Positions 36,882-46,914 of a stretch of DNA of 53,892 nt are shown here, piece by piece (within the stretch, counting starts at the first letter, position 1; the number at the start of each line of letters is the position of its first letter). This DNA is from Verrucomicrobiota bacterium (GTDB lineage Bacteria; Verrucomicrobiota; Verrucomicrobiia; Limisphaerales; CANJSG01), in NCBI GenBank assembly GCA_038209745.1, contig JBBQXJ010000027.1, positions 1 through 53,892 on the forward strand, given 5' to 3'. The notes beneath the pieces are model-generated. The model searched no databases. It worked only from the letters and a program-made list of their open reading frames with translations, and was not told where the DNA came from. A program made the translations under genes and the position numbers.

Positions 36882-37387
36882 AGCGCGTCGCCCAGGTTGC
36901 ACTGGTGCTTGTGCTCGTGGCGGGCGGGGTTTGGCTCTGGCGGACCTTGTTTCCGTCGGATGAGGCACAGATCCAACGGGTGCTGCTCGGGCTCGCGAGC
37001 GCGGCGAGCATGGACGGGGGCGAGGGAAACATCTCACGGATTCGGCGGGTGGACCGCGTGACCGATCGCCTGACACCGGACGTGGTCATTCGGTTTGCTC
37101 CGGAAGGAGGGCGTGGCGTTGTTTTCAACGGCAGGGACGAGGTTCTTGGGGCCGCCGTCGCTGCCGGGCGGACGGGGCGGTCGGTTGTGGTGGAGTTCGT
37201 GGACATCGACGTGTCGCCGGTGCCGTCGGGGGCGGAATCGGCGACGGCGGTGTTGACGGCTAAAGTGCAGGTGGTGGGAGAGAGGGACTTTGGCGTGCAG
37301 GCGCTGCGGGTGGAACTGTCGAAAGAAAAGAGCTTCGGATGGAGGCTCAAACGGCTGGAGAGCTTCAACCCGCTGAGCAAGGAGTGA
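36875..37387 (+). CDS. Membrane-anchored hypothetical protein (possibly NTF2-like fold)
   Basis: N-terminal TM and beta-rich C-terminus ending in a GWRL strand; overlaps lepB. Confidence 0.65.
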   Translation: MVKRVAQVALVLVLVAGGVWLWRTLFPSDEAQIQRVLLGLASAASMDGGEGNISRIRRVDRVTDRLTPDVVIRFAPEGGRGVVFNGRDEVLGAAVAAGRTGRSVVVEFVDIDVSPVPSGAESATAVLTAKVQVVGERDFGVQALRVELSKEKSFGWRLKRLESFNPLSKE

Positions 37388-37429
37388 TGGCGGGATCGAT
37401 CAGGGTCGAGGTGCTTCCGGGTATCGCCT

Positions 37430-39658
37430 TCACATCAGGTTCATCGGGTCGATATCGATGACAAGCCGGATGTCGTCGGGCAGGCGATTGGCGAGGGAGA
37501 TCTCACTCAAACGGCGGCTGAGACGGCTCATTTGGCCTGCACGGAGCATGATCTGGAAGCGGTGGAACGATTCCGCCTTGGCCAGCGGGGCGGGGGCCGG
37601 ACCGGCGAGTTTAAGGTCGTTGAACTCCGCCGCGAGCGGGTCGAGGAGCTTGCGGAAATGCTTCGCGGTGAACTCGACCTTTTCCTCGTTGCGACCTTTG
37701 AACGTCAGCAGGGCAACGCGGGCAAACGGTGGATAGCGCAGCTGTTCTCGGAACTCGATCTCCTGTTCGTAAAAGCCGAGGACATCGTGACGGCGGGCAT
37801 ATTGGATGGCGGGATGAAAGGGGGTGAAGGCTTGGATCCAGACTTCACCCTCGATGTCGCCGCGGCCCGCCCGGCCGGCTACCTGGGTCAGGAGTTGGAA
37901 CGTGCGTTCGCCGGCACGAAAATCAGGGACGTGCAGTCCGAGGTCCGCGTGGATGATCCCGACCAGGGTGACGTTCGGAAAATGAAGACCCTTCGCGATC
38001 ATCTGGGTGCCGACCAGGATGTCGATCTTGCCGGTGCGAAAGTCGCCCAAGATTCGGCGGTAGTCCTCCTTGCGCTTGAGCGTGTCGGAATCCATCCGGC
38101 TGATGCGGGCGTGGGGAAAGATCTTGGCCAATGTCGTTTCGACCTTCTCGGTGCCGAGCCCGGCGAAGCGAATGGCTGGATTCCCGCACGAGGCTTCAGG
38201 ACAGATGGAAGGGGCCTTGGACTGGTGGTTGCAGATGTGGCAGCGGAGTTGTTGGGCTGCGCGATGGTAGGTGAGGGAGACGCTGCAGTTCGGGCATTGG
38301 GCGATGTAGCCGCACTTGGGGCACTGCATAGAGGTGGCGAACCCGCGCCGGTTCAGGAAGAGCATCACTTGCTCCTTCTTCTCCAAACGTTGCAGAATGG
38401 CCTCTTTCAGCTGGGGGGAGAGGACGGTTTGATCCTTCTGCTTTCTGGCGACCATTCTCATGTCCACCACGCGGACGACGGGCATCTTGGCGTTGTCGGC
38501 CCTGGTCGGCAGTTCGAGCAGGCGATATTTCCCTTTTTTGGCGTTGTGAAAGCTCTCCATCGACGGCGTCGCGGAGCCGAGGACCACAGTAGCCTTCTCC
38601 ATTTGGCCGCGGACTACGGCGACGTCGCGGGCATTGTAGCGGGGGGCTTCCTCCTGCTTGTAGGAGTGTTCGTGTTCCTCATCGACGATGATCAAGCCCA
38701 GCGGTTCCACCGGGGCGAAAACGGCCGAGCGGGCTCCGATGACAATCTTCGCCCGGCCATCGCGGATCTTGTGCCACTCGTCATGTCGTTCTCCGGCGGA
38801 AAGGTGGCTGTGGAGCACCGCAATTGCGGTCCTCACCGGTCCGGAGCTGAACCGGGCTTTGAACCGCTCCACCGTTTGCGGGGTCAGGGAAATCTCCGGG
38901 ACTAGCACGATTGCCCCCCTTCCTTTGGCCAAGGAATGGGCGATCGCCTGGAGATATACCTCTGTCTTCCCGGAACCCGTGACACCGTGGAGCAGAAACG
39001 TTCCCGTGTCCGACGGCTCAGTCGGGAGGTCCAACGTCCGTTTGATCGCGCTTAGGGCGACTGCCTGTTCCTGGCTGAGTTCAAGGGACTCCGTGGCCAC
39101 GATGATCTCGTTTGCGTAGGGATCTCTCTCGACCGTGGCCGGTGCGATTCGGACAAGTCCTTTGTCCTCCATTCGCCGAAGCGTCGCGGCTGTTGTTTGA
39201 GAAAACTCGGCGAAACGCCCGAGCAGCATCGACTCATGTCCTTCCAAAAGGGCTAAGATTTGCCGATGTCGTGTGGAGACCGCCGGCGAACGCGAAACAT
39301 CGGGAACTGGATAGATGTGCAGACGCTCCTTCCAAGCGGCATTGGTGCCCTTTACGGCTTCGGGCAACATCGCTCCAAGCGCTGTTTCGGGTGAACAACA
39401 ATAGTAGTCCGATATCCAGCGGCTCAACCGGAGCACGGCAGCCGTCAGAAGACCCTTTCTTCCGACCAATCCGATGATCGATCGCAAAATGGTGTTTGGA
39501 GAGGTGACCGGAAACGCGGTCACGCAACCGAGGCACTCCCGCGATCCGAAGGGCACCTTGACGCGCGATCCAATGGCAACGTCCGCCTCCAGCGAATCCG
39601 GAACCAGGTAGTCAAACTCCCGTCGCAGCGGCAATTCCAGGGTAACTCGAGCGATCAC
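37430..39658 (-). CDS. priA: Primosomal protein N'
   Basis: GVTGSGKTEVY, DEEHE, Cys-cluster zinc fingers, GTQMIAKG, QVAGRAGR. Confidence 0.97.
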   Translation of the reverse strand: MIARVTLELPLRREFDYLVPDSLEADVAIGSRVKVPFGSRECLGCVTAFPVTSPNTILRSIIGLVGRKGLLTAAVLRLSRWISDYYCCSPETALGAMLPEAVKGTNAAWKERLHIYPVPDVSRSPAVSTRHRQILALLEGHESMLLGRFAEFSQTTAATLRRMEDKGLVRIAPATVERDPYANEIIVATESLELSQEQAVALSAIKRTLDLPTEPSDTGTFLLHGVTGSGKTEVYLQAIAHSLAKGRGAIVLVPEISLTPQTVERFKARFSSGPVRTAIAVLHSHLSAGERHDEWHKIRDGRAKIVIGARSAVFAPVEPLGLIIVDEEHEHSYKQEEAPRYNARDVAVVRGQMEKATVVLGSATPSMESFHNAKKGKYRLLELPTRADNAKMPVVRVVDMRMVARKQKDQTVLSPQLKEAILQRLEKKEQVMLFLNRRGFATSMQCPKCGYIAQCPNCSVSLTYHRAAQQLRCHICNHQSKAPSICPEASCGNPAIRFAGLGTEKVETTLAKIFPHARISRMDSDTLKRKEDYRRILGDFRTGKIDILVGTQMIAKGLHFPNVTLVGIIHADLGLHVPDFRAGERTFQLLTQVAGRAGRGDIEGEVWIQAFTPFHPAIQYARRHDVLGFYEQEIEFREQLRYPPFARVALLTFKGRNEEKVEFTAKHFRKLLDPLAAEFNDLKLAGPAPAPLAKAESFHRFQIMLRAGQMSRLSRRLSEISLANRLPDDIRLVIDIDPMNLM

Positions 39659-39971
39659 GGATCAATTGAAACGGAATCGTCCTGAAAAACAACCAAGGCC
39701 AAATGCAAAAAGGCCAATCTGGATGCCTTAAAAGCCGGCTCGGCAGGCCTTTTAAACCCAACAAAGTAAAATTTTGTGAGAAACCTCTTAAGGTGCCCAA
39801 GCGGAGGCCGATAGGGAAAAAGTCGATGGAAGGGCCTATGTTCAGATGCGGGTTCAGCTGAGCTCAAAATTTCATCAATTCGCGTTTGACAGCCGTCCAC
39901 GCTCTCAACTAACTATGCCCCTGCCTAATCGCCTGAACTGTTTGGTCCATAAACCAAGGGAAAATGCAGAT

Positions 39972-41168
39972 ATGAAACGAATTACTTCTTCCGTAGGCCT
40001 TGTGGCCTTGGGTGCCGCAAGTTTGCAGGCTGCCTACGCTCCTGGCTTGAGCCAGATGGAAACCTCCAAACCTTGGACGGTCTCCGCAGCGGTGCATGGC
40101 TTTTACGACGACAACTACGCCACTGCACCTTCTGCTTCGAAGCGCGGTAGCTATGGCTTCGATGTCTCTCCGAAGCTGGGTCTCAATTTGGCGATGGATC
40201 AGACCTTGATTCGGGCCTCCTACGAGTACTCCGCCAAGCTTTTTGAAGATCGCTCTGGTAATAAATGGGACCAGTCCCATGTCTTGGATGCAACTTTGGA
40301 CCATGCGTTTTCGGAACGCTACAGCTTGAAGCTGGCTGAAAACTTCGCCAAGTCCCAGGAGCCTGATATTTTCTTCGGAGCAATTCCTCTCCGCTCAAAC
40401 ACGGACAACGTCCACAACCGTGCGAGTGCAGCCTTCACGGGTGCTTTCACGCGGATAATGGGCTACGAGGTCAGCTATCAGAACGATATCTATCGCTATG
40501 ACGACGCGACTCGATCACTTCAGTTGGATCGACTTGAGCACGACATAATGGGGCGGTTGACTTGGTTGCTTCAGGAAGAAACCATTCTTTCTGCGGGTGG
40601 AAAGTATCGCCTCATTCGATATGACAACGGGGACTTCTTCAAGAGGGACGCCGATATTTTCTACGGTTTTGCGGGTATTGATCATCAGATGAGCGCGAAG
40701 TTTGGCGCTTCCGCTCGCTTTGGTTTCTACTACACCGATTACAAGGCCGGTGGTAGCGGCTCGGTAAATCCGTATGCGGATATCTCGGTTACCTACACTT
40801 ATGCCGAACTGAGTTCGCTACAGCTTGGATTCCGGCTCGACCGAAATCAGACAGATATCACTTCTATCGGTGGTGTGACAGTTTTGGGTCAAAATACGAC
40901 CGGCGGATATCTCCAGTGGAACCACCAACTGGCTTCTCGCCTGAGTGCTGTTGGTTCCGTGGTGGCGACAAGTTCACAGTTCGACGTTGGGAACAATAAT
41001 AGCAGCCAAGCGGACCTCTTGGGAGCTGTTTCCGTGGGGTTGAACTACATGATCTCCGACCATTTTTCAACCGATGCGGGCTATAGCTACACCCGCCTTT
41101 CCTCAGAGGTTAACAGCCGCTCCTACAGCCGTAACCGGGTCTATGTCGGCGTGACTGCTAAGTTCTAA
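39972..41168 (+). CDS. Outer membrane beta-barrel protein associated with polysaccharide export
   Basis: Signal peptide, amphipathic strands, Y.RNRVYVG.TAKF C-terminus; precedes wzc/wza. Confidence 0.82.
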   Translation: MKRITSSVGLVALGAASLQAAYAPGLSQMETSKPWTVSAAVHGFYDDNYATAPSASKRGSYGFDVSPKLGLNLAMDQTLIRASYEYSAKLFEDRSGNKWDQSHVLDATLDHAFSERYSLKLAENFAKSQEPDIFFGAIPLRSNTDNVHNRASAAFTGAFTRIMGYEVSYQNDIYRYDDATRSLQLDRLEHDIMGRLTWLLQEETILSAGGKYRLIRYDNGDFFKRDADIFYGFAGIDHQMSAKFGASARFGFYYTDYKAGGSGSVNPYADISVTYTYAELSSLQLGFRLDRNQTDITSIGGVTVLGQNTTGGYLQWNHQLASRLSAVGSVVATSSQFDVGNNNSSQADLLGAVSVGLNYMISDHFSTDAGYSYTRLSSEVNSRSYSRNRVYVGVTAKF

Positions 41169-41191
41169 GCTCGGAAAAACTTGGTCGTTTG

Positions 41192-41233
41192 ATTAGGAGG
41201 CTGGACACCTAGGTTTCAGCCTCCTAATTTTTT
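41192..41233 (+). terminator. Intrinsic terminator-like hairpin inside the export operon
   Basis: Perfect 12-bp stem ATTAGGAGGCTG/CAGCCTCCTAAT with a T tract ending 3 nt before the wzc ATG. Confidence 0.7.
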
Positions 41234-41236
41234 CTT

Positions 41237-43414
41237 ATGGACCCAATCAAATCTCCCGAATCGAGCGAATCGAAGCTCCATTTCCTGGACTACTGGCGCA
41301 TAGTCCGGATTCGCAAAACGGTCATCATCATCGTCTTTTTGTTGGTGATGATCACCACGACTGCGATCACTTTGTTGATGTCCAAGACCTATTCGAGTTT
41401 TGCTCGGATCTCGGTTGACAAGGACAAGAGCGACGTCGAGGGATTGGGTATGGAGCGGGCTGTTTCCGGATATGACCCTTTCTTTCTTCAGACGGAGTTT
41501 GAGAAGATCACTTCCCAAGTCGTTCTGGACGAGGTGATTTCGATATTGAAACTACAGGCAAAGTGGAGCAAGCGCTATGCGGATGGAGAGTCGCTTCCGA
41601 TTACCAAGGTTCGGCAATATCTCAAGAGCTCCCTTCAGGTGAAGCTCTCCCGCAATACAAGTCTGATCGAGATCTGGGCTTACAGCGAAGACAAGGAAGA
41701 GGCGGCGCAGCTGGCCAACAGTGTTGCCGAGGTTTACAAAGAATCCCGCCTCACAAAGCGTAAAGAGATCAAAAAGAAGGGTATTCAGGTCTTGCAGGAG
41801 CAGTTGGCTGTTCGACAGAAGGAATTGGCTGGTTTGCAGGCCGTTCTCAACGAAATCAGAAGGACGAACGAGATCACATTTCTCGATGAAAATAGCCTCA
41901 ATAGTTATCAATTGCTGCAGACGGAAGAGTTGCAACACATTCAAATGGAGAAATCTAGCGCGGCCTTGCGCTTCGATGCCGAGAGTCTCCGGTTGACTCA
42001 AATTGAATTGCTGACCAGAGAGCAGTTAAGGAACTCGATGGAAACGATCTATCCCGATGCCACTCTGGGGAGACTTGCCCAAGATTACGCGGTGCAGGTC
42101 CAGGCGCTCACTTCAATTGGGCAGAACAAGTCTGATAGCCATCCGGACGTCCAAGAACATGCGGCGGTTGTTGCAAAAATCCAATCCCAGTTGGACGGCA
42201 AAATTGGTGGAATAATTCTAGGATTGAAGATCGCAGCGGCTACAGACAAGGCGACATTGGATAACCTGACCACTCAACTTAAAGAGCAGGAGTCCAAGAG
42301 TGGGGCACTCAAAGCCAAACTCGTTCCTTACACATTGGTCAAAGAGGATGTCGATCAGGCTAAGAGAGTTATCTCGGCGCTTCAACTGAGGGTCGAACAG
42401 GAAACGATCGATTCGCAGCTGCCGATGGAGTCCGTTGTAACGGTTCACGACGTGGCATTCCCGGATGTGAAGCCAGTTAGGCCAAACGTCTACCTCAACC
42501 TTACTTTGGGCGTTGTTGTCGGATTGGTTCTCGGAGTTGGTTTGGCCTTCTTCATTGAGTATTTGGACACCAGCGTGAAGACGATCGACGACGTTGAACG
42601 CGCGCTCCAAGCTCCAGTCTTGGCTGTCATTCCACAGAATGTCGGAACAATTCTCTTCGAAGGGCCAGAAAGTCCCCATGCGGAAGCCTATAGAGTCTTG
42701 CGCACCAACATACTATTCGCCCGCAAGGACCCTTCCTGGAATGCTGCCACCGTCGTTTCCGGCGGTGCTGGTGAGGGTAAATCCACCACGTTGTTCAATT
42801 TAGCGACGATCTTTGCCCAGAATGGAAGCCGAGTGCTCGTGGTGGACTCGGATCTTCGCCGTCCAAGCATCCACAAGATCATCAATGTATCCAACAACAT
42901 TGGATTGACCAATTACCTGCTTAAACAGAACAGCTTGGAAGAGGTCATCCAGCGGACGACGTTGGCAACTTTGGACGTGATGCCCTCCGGCAAGTTGCCG
43001 TCCAGTTCGATGGGTATTCTCAGTTCCCCGCAGATGAAGGGTCTGATCAGTGAGTTGAAGCGTCGCTACGACTTCGTCTTCTTCGACTCACCTCCCATCA
43101 TGGGTATCAGTGACGCCGCCGTTTTGGCCAGCGAGGTCGACATGGTGGTGCAGGTGATCCAATATCGTCGTTATCCGCAGCCGATGACCATCCGCGCGAA
43201 GCAGATGATTCAGAAGGTCGGTGGCAATCTTCTTGGTGTCGTGTTGAACAACATCAACATGAGTCAGGACGAAAACTACTACTACTACAGCGGTTACTAT
43301 TACGACTACTACTCCAAACAGGACGATGACGATGAGGATTCGTCGAAGAAGAAGGCGGCGGAAAAAGCAGGTGTGCCGGCCAACGGTCGATTGGAGATCA
43401 AGGGCAAGTATTGA
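41237..43414 (+). CDS. wzc: Polysaccharide co-polymerase / tyrosine autokinase
   Basis: Two TMs around a coiled coil, EAYRVLRTN, GEGKST, DSDLRRP, FDSPP, Tyr cluster YYYYSGYYYDYY. Confidence 0.95.
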   Translation: MDPIKSPESSESKLHFLDYWRIVRIRKTVIIIVFLLVMITTTAITLLMSKTYSSFARISVDKDKSDVEGLGMERAVSGYDPFFLQTEFEKITSQVVLDEVISILKLQAKWSKRYADGESLPITKVRQYLKSSLQVKLSRNTSLIEIWAYSEDKEEAAQLANSVAEVYKESRLTKRKEIKKKGIQVLQEQLAVRQKELAGLQAVLNEIRRTNEITFLDENSLNSYQLLQTEELQHIQMEKSSAALRFDAESLRLTQIELLTREQLRNSMETIYPDATLGRLAQDYAVQVQALTSIGQNKSDSHPDVQEHAAVVAKIQSQLDGKIGGIILGLKIAAATDKATLDNLTTQLKEQESKSGALKAKLVPYTLVKEDVDQAKRVISALQLRVEQETIDSQLPMESVVTVHDVAFPDVKPVRPNVYLNLTLGVVVGLVLGVGLAFFIEYLDTSVKTIDDVERALQAPVLAVIPQNVGTILFEGPESPHAEAYRVLRTNILFARKDPSWNAATVVSGGAGEGKSTTLFNLATIFAQNGSRVLVVDSDLRRPSIHKIINVSNNIGLTNYLLKQNSLEEVIQRTTLATLDVMPSGKLPSSSMGILSSPQMKGLISELKRRYDFVFFDSPPIMGISDAAVLASEVDMVVQVIQYRRYPQPMTIRAKQMIQKVGGNLLGVVLNNINMSQDENYYYYSGYYYDYYSKQDDDDEDSSKKKAAEKAGVPANGRLEIKGKY

Positions 43415-43431
43415 TCCTGGAATTCAGAGTT

Positions 43432-44070
43432 ATGCGTCAAATCTCGTCCGTAAAACTGCTAGGGTTGTTGGTTATTCTAGCTGGAATGATGTTGGGGAGT
43501 TCAGGGTGCAACAGCAGTCGCCTCCATCGGGAATCGAACCACGGGGCGGCGGACGGCGGGGGCAACAGTGCGGTGCCCACAAATGCCACGTCAGCCACCG
43601 AGCTGCAGTTTCGCCCCGGGGATTCGATCAAGATCGAATTCAGCGACACCGAATTGAAAACGGTGGAGACCGAGATCAAACACGACGGCGTCATCTCTCT
43701 GGATCTGGTGGATCAGATCAAGGTGTCGAACAAAACTCCCCGGGAAGTGGAGCAGGAAATCAGGGGGCTTTATGTTCCGAAATTCTACAAGCGACTCACC
43801 GTAACCGTGACTCCTGGGACCCGGTTCTTCTACGTTGGCGGAGAAGTAAAGCAGGTGAACCGCTTCGCTTATTCTGGCAGAATTACCCTGCTGAAAGCGA
43901 TCCAGTCGGCTGGCGGATTCACAAACTTTGCCAACAAGCGGGAAGTTCGGGTCATTCGGGCGAACGGGCAGGTGATCCTTGTTGATTGTGTCGCTGCTCT
44001 CAATGATCCGAGTCTGGATATCGAGATCTATCCGAACGACCAGATCAACGTGAAGCCGTCAATCATCTGA
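43432..44070 (+). CDS. Wza-like (OPX) polysaccharide export lipoprotein, short form
   Basis: Lipobox SSGC, PGD.I, DG.ISL, YVGGEV, AGGFT.FA (SLBB). Confidence 0.88.
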   Translation: MRQISSVKLLGLLVILAGMMLGSSGCNSSRLHRESNHGAADGGGNSAVPTNATSATELQFRPGDSIKIEFSDTELKTVETEIKHDGVISLDLVDQIKVSNKTPREVEQEIRGLYVPKFYKRLTVTVTPGTRFFYVGGEVKQVNRFAYSGRITLLKAIQSAGGFTNFANKREVRVIRANGQVILVDCVAALNDPSLDIEIYPNDQINVKPSII

Positions 44071-44462
44071 TGCTCCATCTGAGTTTGCGCAGTGATTCAG
44101 TGGCGGGCACCGATACGGTTGCCCGCCATTTTCCGTTTCGAATTGGGAGGTCCGAGGTTGCTTCTCTACGATTGGAGCGTGCAGGAATCTGGGAACAGCA
44201 CGCTGAACTCAATTTAGGAAACGGCTGCGTGACCATTGCGAGCTGCGATCAAGCTCCGGTGCGAATCAATGGGTGTCAGATGACAGAGCCCTGCATTGTT
44301 CATTGCGGCGATCTGCTCGAACTGGGATCCGTGAAGATCATCGTAGGACTTTCGTCTGCTGATCGACGGAAGGACCTTCTGCAACAAGGGCTGCTGGCTG
44401 GGTCGATCCTTGGACTGACTCTGGCCCAAGGTGCAATCTTTTGGTGGCTGTCGAATCAGTGA
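44070..44462 (+). CDS. FHA-domain protein with C-terminal TM helix
   Basis: PFRIGRS, QHAEL, RING, GDLLELG; TGATG overlap with the wza-like gene. Confidence 0.72.
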   Translation: MLHLSLRSDSVAGTDTVARHFPFRIGRSEVASLRLERAGIWEQHAELNLGNGCVTIASCDQAPVRINGCQMTEPCIVHCGDLLELGSVKIIVGLSSADRRKDLLQQGLLAGSILGLTLAQGAIFWWLSNQ

Positions 44463-46003
44463 CGGAAGTGCCGGAAACCGGTAAAAGCCATGGCGACCCC
44501 GCGTTCGTCCGCTGCTGCGATGACCTCTGGATCGCGAACGGAACCTCCGGGTTGAATGGCTGCGGTGGCACCGGCTTCGGCGGCGGCGATCAGTCCGTCC
44601 GGAAAGGGAAAAAACGCGTCGCTGCAAACCACGCTGCCTTTGAGCGATAGCGTCGCTTCACCAGCTTTCCAAACCGCGATTTGGCTGGAATCCACTCGGC
44701 TCATCTGACCGGCGCCAACTCCGAGCGTCTGGTTGGGTCCGCAATAGACGATCGCGTTCGACTTCACGTGTTTCACCACGCGCCAGCCGAACAGCATGGC
44801 TTCGATCTCCTCCGCAGTGGGGTGTCGTTTTGTCACAATTTTCAGATCCGTGGCGGTGACGCGGCGGATGTCGCGTTCTTGGAGCAGATAGGAGCCGGAC
44901 GCGACGCTGCGCACGTCGAATCCAGTGGTTGGGACCGGGAAGGTCTTCATGACGAGCAGACGGAGGTTCTTTTTCTTTTGCAAGAGAGCGAGGGCCCCGG
45001 AGGAAAAAGCGGGAGCGACGATCACTTCGCTGAAGATCTCGGCGATTGCTTCCGCACAGGCCAGATCAAGCGGTTGGTTGACGGCGATGATGCCACCGAA
45101 CGGGGCCTGCTTGTCGGTGGCGAAGGCGCGATCCCAAGCGTCGCGAAGATGGGCCCCGCGGCCGATGCCGCAGGGATTGGAGTGTTTCAGGATGGCCAAG
45201 GTCGGGGTTTCACCGGCGAATTCGCCGATCAACTGCGCGGCAGCGGTCAGATCGAGAATGTTGTTGTAGGAGAGTTCCTTGCCGTGGAGCTGCTCGAAAT
45301 GGCTGTGGAACTCGCCGAACAACGCGGCTTTCTGGTGGGGATTCTCGCCATACCGCAGCGGTTGGGCCAAGGGCGCGTGGAGGCGGAGGGTCGAAGGCAA
45401 TTCACCCGAGATGCCAAAGCTTTTCTCCAGATGGGTGGCGATCGCCGAGTCGTAGGCGGCGGTGCGGGCATAGACCTTGGCAGCGAATTTGCGACGCTGT
45501 TCCAACGTGGTTTCGCCAGTCCGGCGGAGGACTTCGGCTACCTCTGGATAGTCCGCCGGGTCCGTGAGGACGGTTACACTGTCATGGTTTTTGGCCGCGC
45601 TGCGGAGCATGGACGGGCCGCCGATGTCGATGTTTTCGATGGCATCGTGGAGGGACACGCCCGGCCTGGCCACGGTCTGTTCGAACGGATACAGATTCAC
45701 GACAACCAGATCGATCGGCTTGATGTCGTGCTGGGCGACGGTGTTTTCGTGGGTGGCGTTGCCACGCAGATAGAGGAGGCCCGCGTGGACCTTGGGATGC
45801 AGGGTCTTTACCCGGCCGCCGAGCATCTCGGGAAAGCCAGTGTAGTCGCTCAGTTCGATGGTCTCGAGACCGGCGTCGCGCAGGGCTTTGCCGGTCCCGC
45901 CGGTGGAGATCAGTTCGATGCCGGCCGCGACCAACTCTCTGGCGAAATCAACCAGACCGGATTTGTCGGAGACTGAGAGGAGGGCGCGTTGAATCTTCGG
46001 CAT
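44456..46003 (-). CDS. purH: Bifunctional AICAR transformylase/IMP cyclohydrolase
   Basis: [47 protein letters not shown]. Confidence 0.98.
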   Translation of the reverse strand: MPKIQRALLSVSDKSGLVDFARELVAAGIELISTGGTGKALRDAGLETIELSDYTGFPEMLGGRVKTLHPKVHAGLLYLRGNATHENTVAQHDIKPIDLVVVNLYPFEQTVARPGVSLHDAIENIDIGGPSMLRSAAKNHDSVTVLTDPADYPEVAEVLRRTGETTLEQRRKFAAKVYARTAAYDSAIATHLEKSFGISGELPSTLRLHAPLAQPLRYGENPHQKAALFGEFHSHFEQLHGKELSYNNILDLTAAAQLIGEFAGETPTLAILKHSNPCGIGRGAHLRDAWDRAFATDKQAPFGGIIAVNQPLDLACAEAIAEIFSEVIVAPAFSSGALALLQKKKNLRLLVMKTFPVPTTGFDVRSVASGSYLLQERDIRRVTATDLKIVTKRHPTAEEIEAMLFGWRVVKHVKSNAIVYCGPNQTLGVGAGQMSRVDSSQIAVWKAGEATLSLKGSVVCSDAFFPFPDGLIAAAEAGATAAIQPGGSVRDPEVIAAADERGVAMAFTGFRHFRH

Positions 46004-46263
46004 AGGAGCGGACAAAATCTCTTTTCCAGCGTGGGTCCGTCAACGCGAAGTTCTCCACACCCATGCCGGTGCCGCATGTAATCATTGCTCGATGGAGCCG
46101 GCGTTGAGTGCGTGCTCTCTCGTGGGGGGTGCATTGTGGATTCGCGATTTGCCGAATTGCTGGCGTCAGTGTCGGTCCCGTCTCGCTTCGTTTGGGAAAA
46201 GGACACGCCGGATTCATCGAGTCGCCAGGCCGGCGCCCTGAATCGTGGCCGAATCCCCGATGC

Positions 46264-46608
46264 TCAATGCGCCGCAAGTTCTGCTGGCACTTCGAGCGTC
46301 TCGTGCTCGGAAACGGTTTCCATGGTGCGAAAGCGCTCGGCGTTGAAGCCCAGTTCCTGGCGGTGGACGTTGAACGCGTCGGCCGGGTTCTTGAGCTCTT
46401 CCAGCAGAATGCCGATCTCGCCGTCGCTGTCGCCGGGTTTGTTGTTCAGGCCCTTCATGTGGCCGGCGTTGAGCATCTTGCCCCGGCCGATATAGACGGC
46501 TCGCACGGTGTAGACGGAGTCCTTTTTGGGCAGCTGACGGTAGACGAGCTGGACCTCGCGCGGGAAGGAATCGTCGATGCAGACGACTTTCTGACCTTTC
46601 TGAAACAT
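46264..46608 (-). CDS. Hypothetical protein, 114 aa (possible SH3-like barrel)
   Basis: MFQKGQKVVCIDD..YTVR..GILLEE..GFNAERF with strong GC3 bias. Start moved to MFQK. Confidence 0.72.
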   Translation of the reverse strand: MFQKGQKVVCIDDSFPREVQLVYRQLPKKDSVYTVRAVYIGRGKMLNAGHMKGLNNKPGDSDGEIGILLEELKNPADAFNVHRQELGFNAERFRTMETVSEHETLEVPAELAAH

Positions 46609-46864
46609 TTCGTGTGGCGGCTTTGGCGGCGGTTTCTCGGGTGTCGAGAGCCGGCCAAGCACTCGACGATTTTGCGGCGACGCAACGGAATCGCAAGAGG
46701 TGAAATCGGCTTCAGCCCAGGACCCTGCTCTCTCAAAAGTTGTGACACCGGGACGGATTGGCATGGAGCGTTCGGCTGTGCCGGAGGACGCCCACTGCCG
46801 CGATTGAACTCCTGTGGTTTGGGGTGGTCCTACCTTTCCCATCGAGTCGGCCCGGGGATAACCG

Positions 46865-46893
46865 TTGGCAAACGAATCGGTGTTCACTAGGTT
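46865..46893 (+). promoter_or_regulatory. Putative sigma70 promoter of the permease/SPFH/ATPase operon
   Basis: TTGGCA-N17-TAGGTT, then AGGA just upstream of ATG 46915. Confidence 0.45.
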
Positions 46894-46914
46894 CGCGGCC
46901 TTTATTTAGGAACA

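Noticed and set aside
39886..39915. TTGACA-based promoter for the export operon
   Set aside because: The -35 is perfect, but the -10 match at 17-18 nt spacing is poor, so it was not called.
46004..46263. Possible ZTP riboswitch upstream of purH
   Set aside because: I could not find the conserved ZTP elements. An Infernal/Rfam scan would be decisive.
46609..46914. Possible metal riboswitch (yybP-ykoY or NiCo) before the ATPase operon
   Set aside because: Consensus motifs were not seen, and the candidate promoter leaves only a very short leader.
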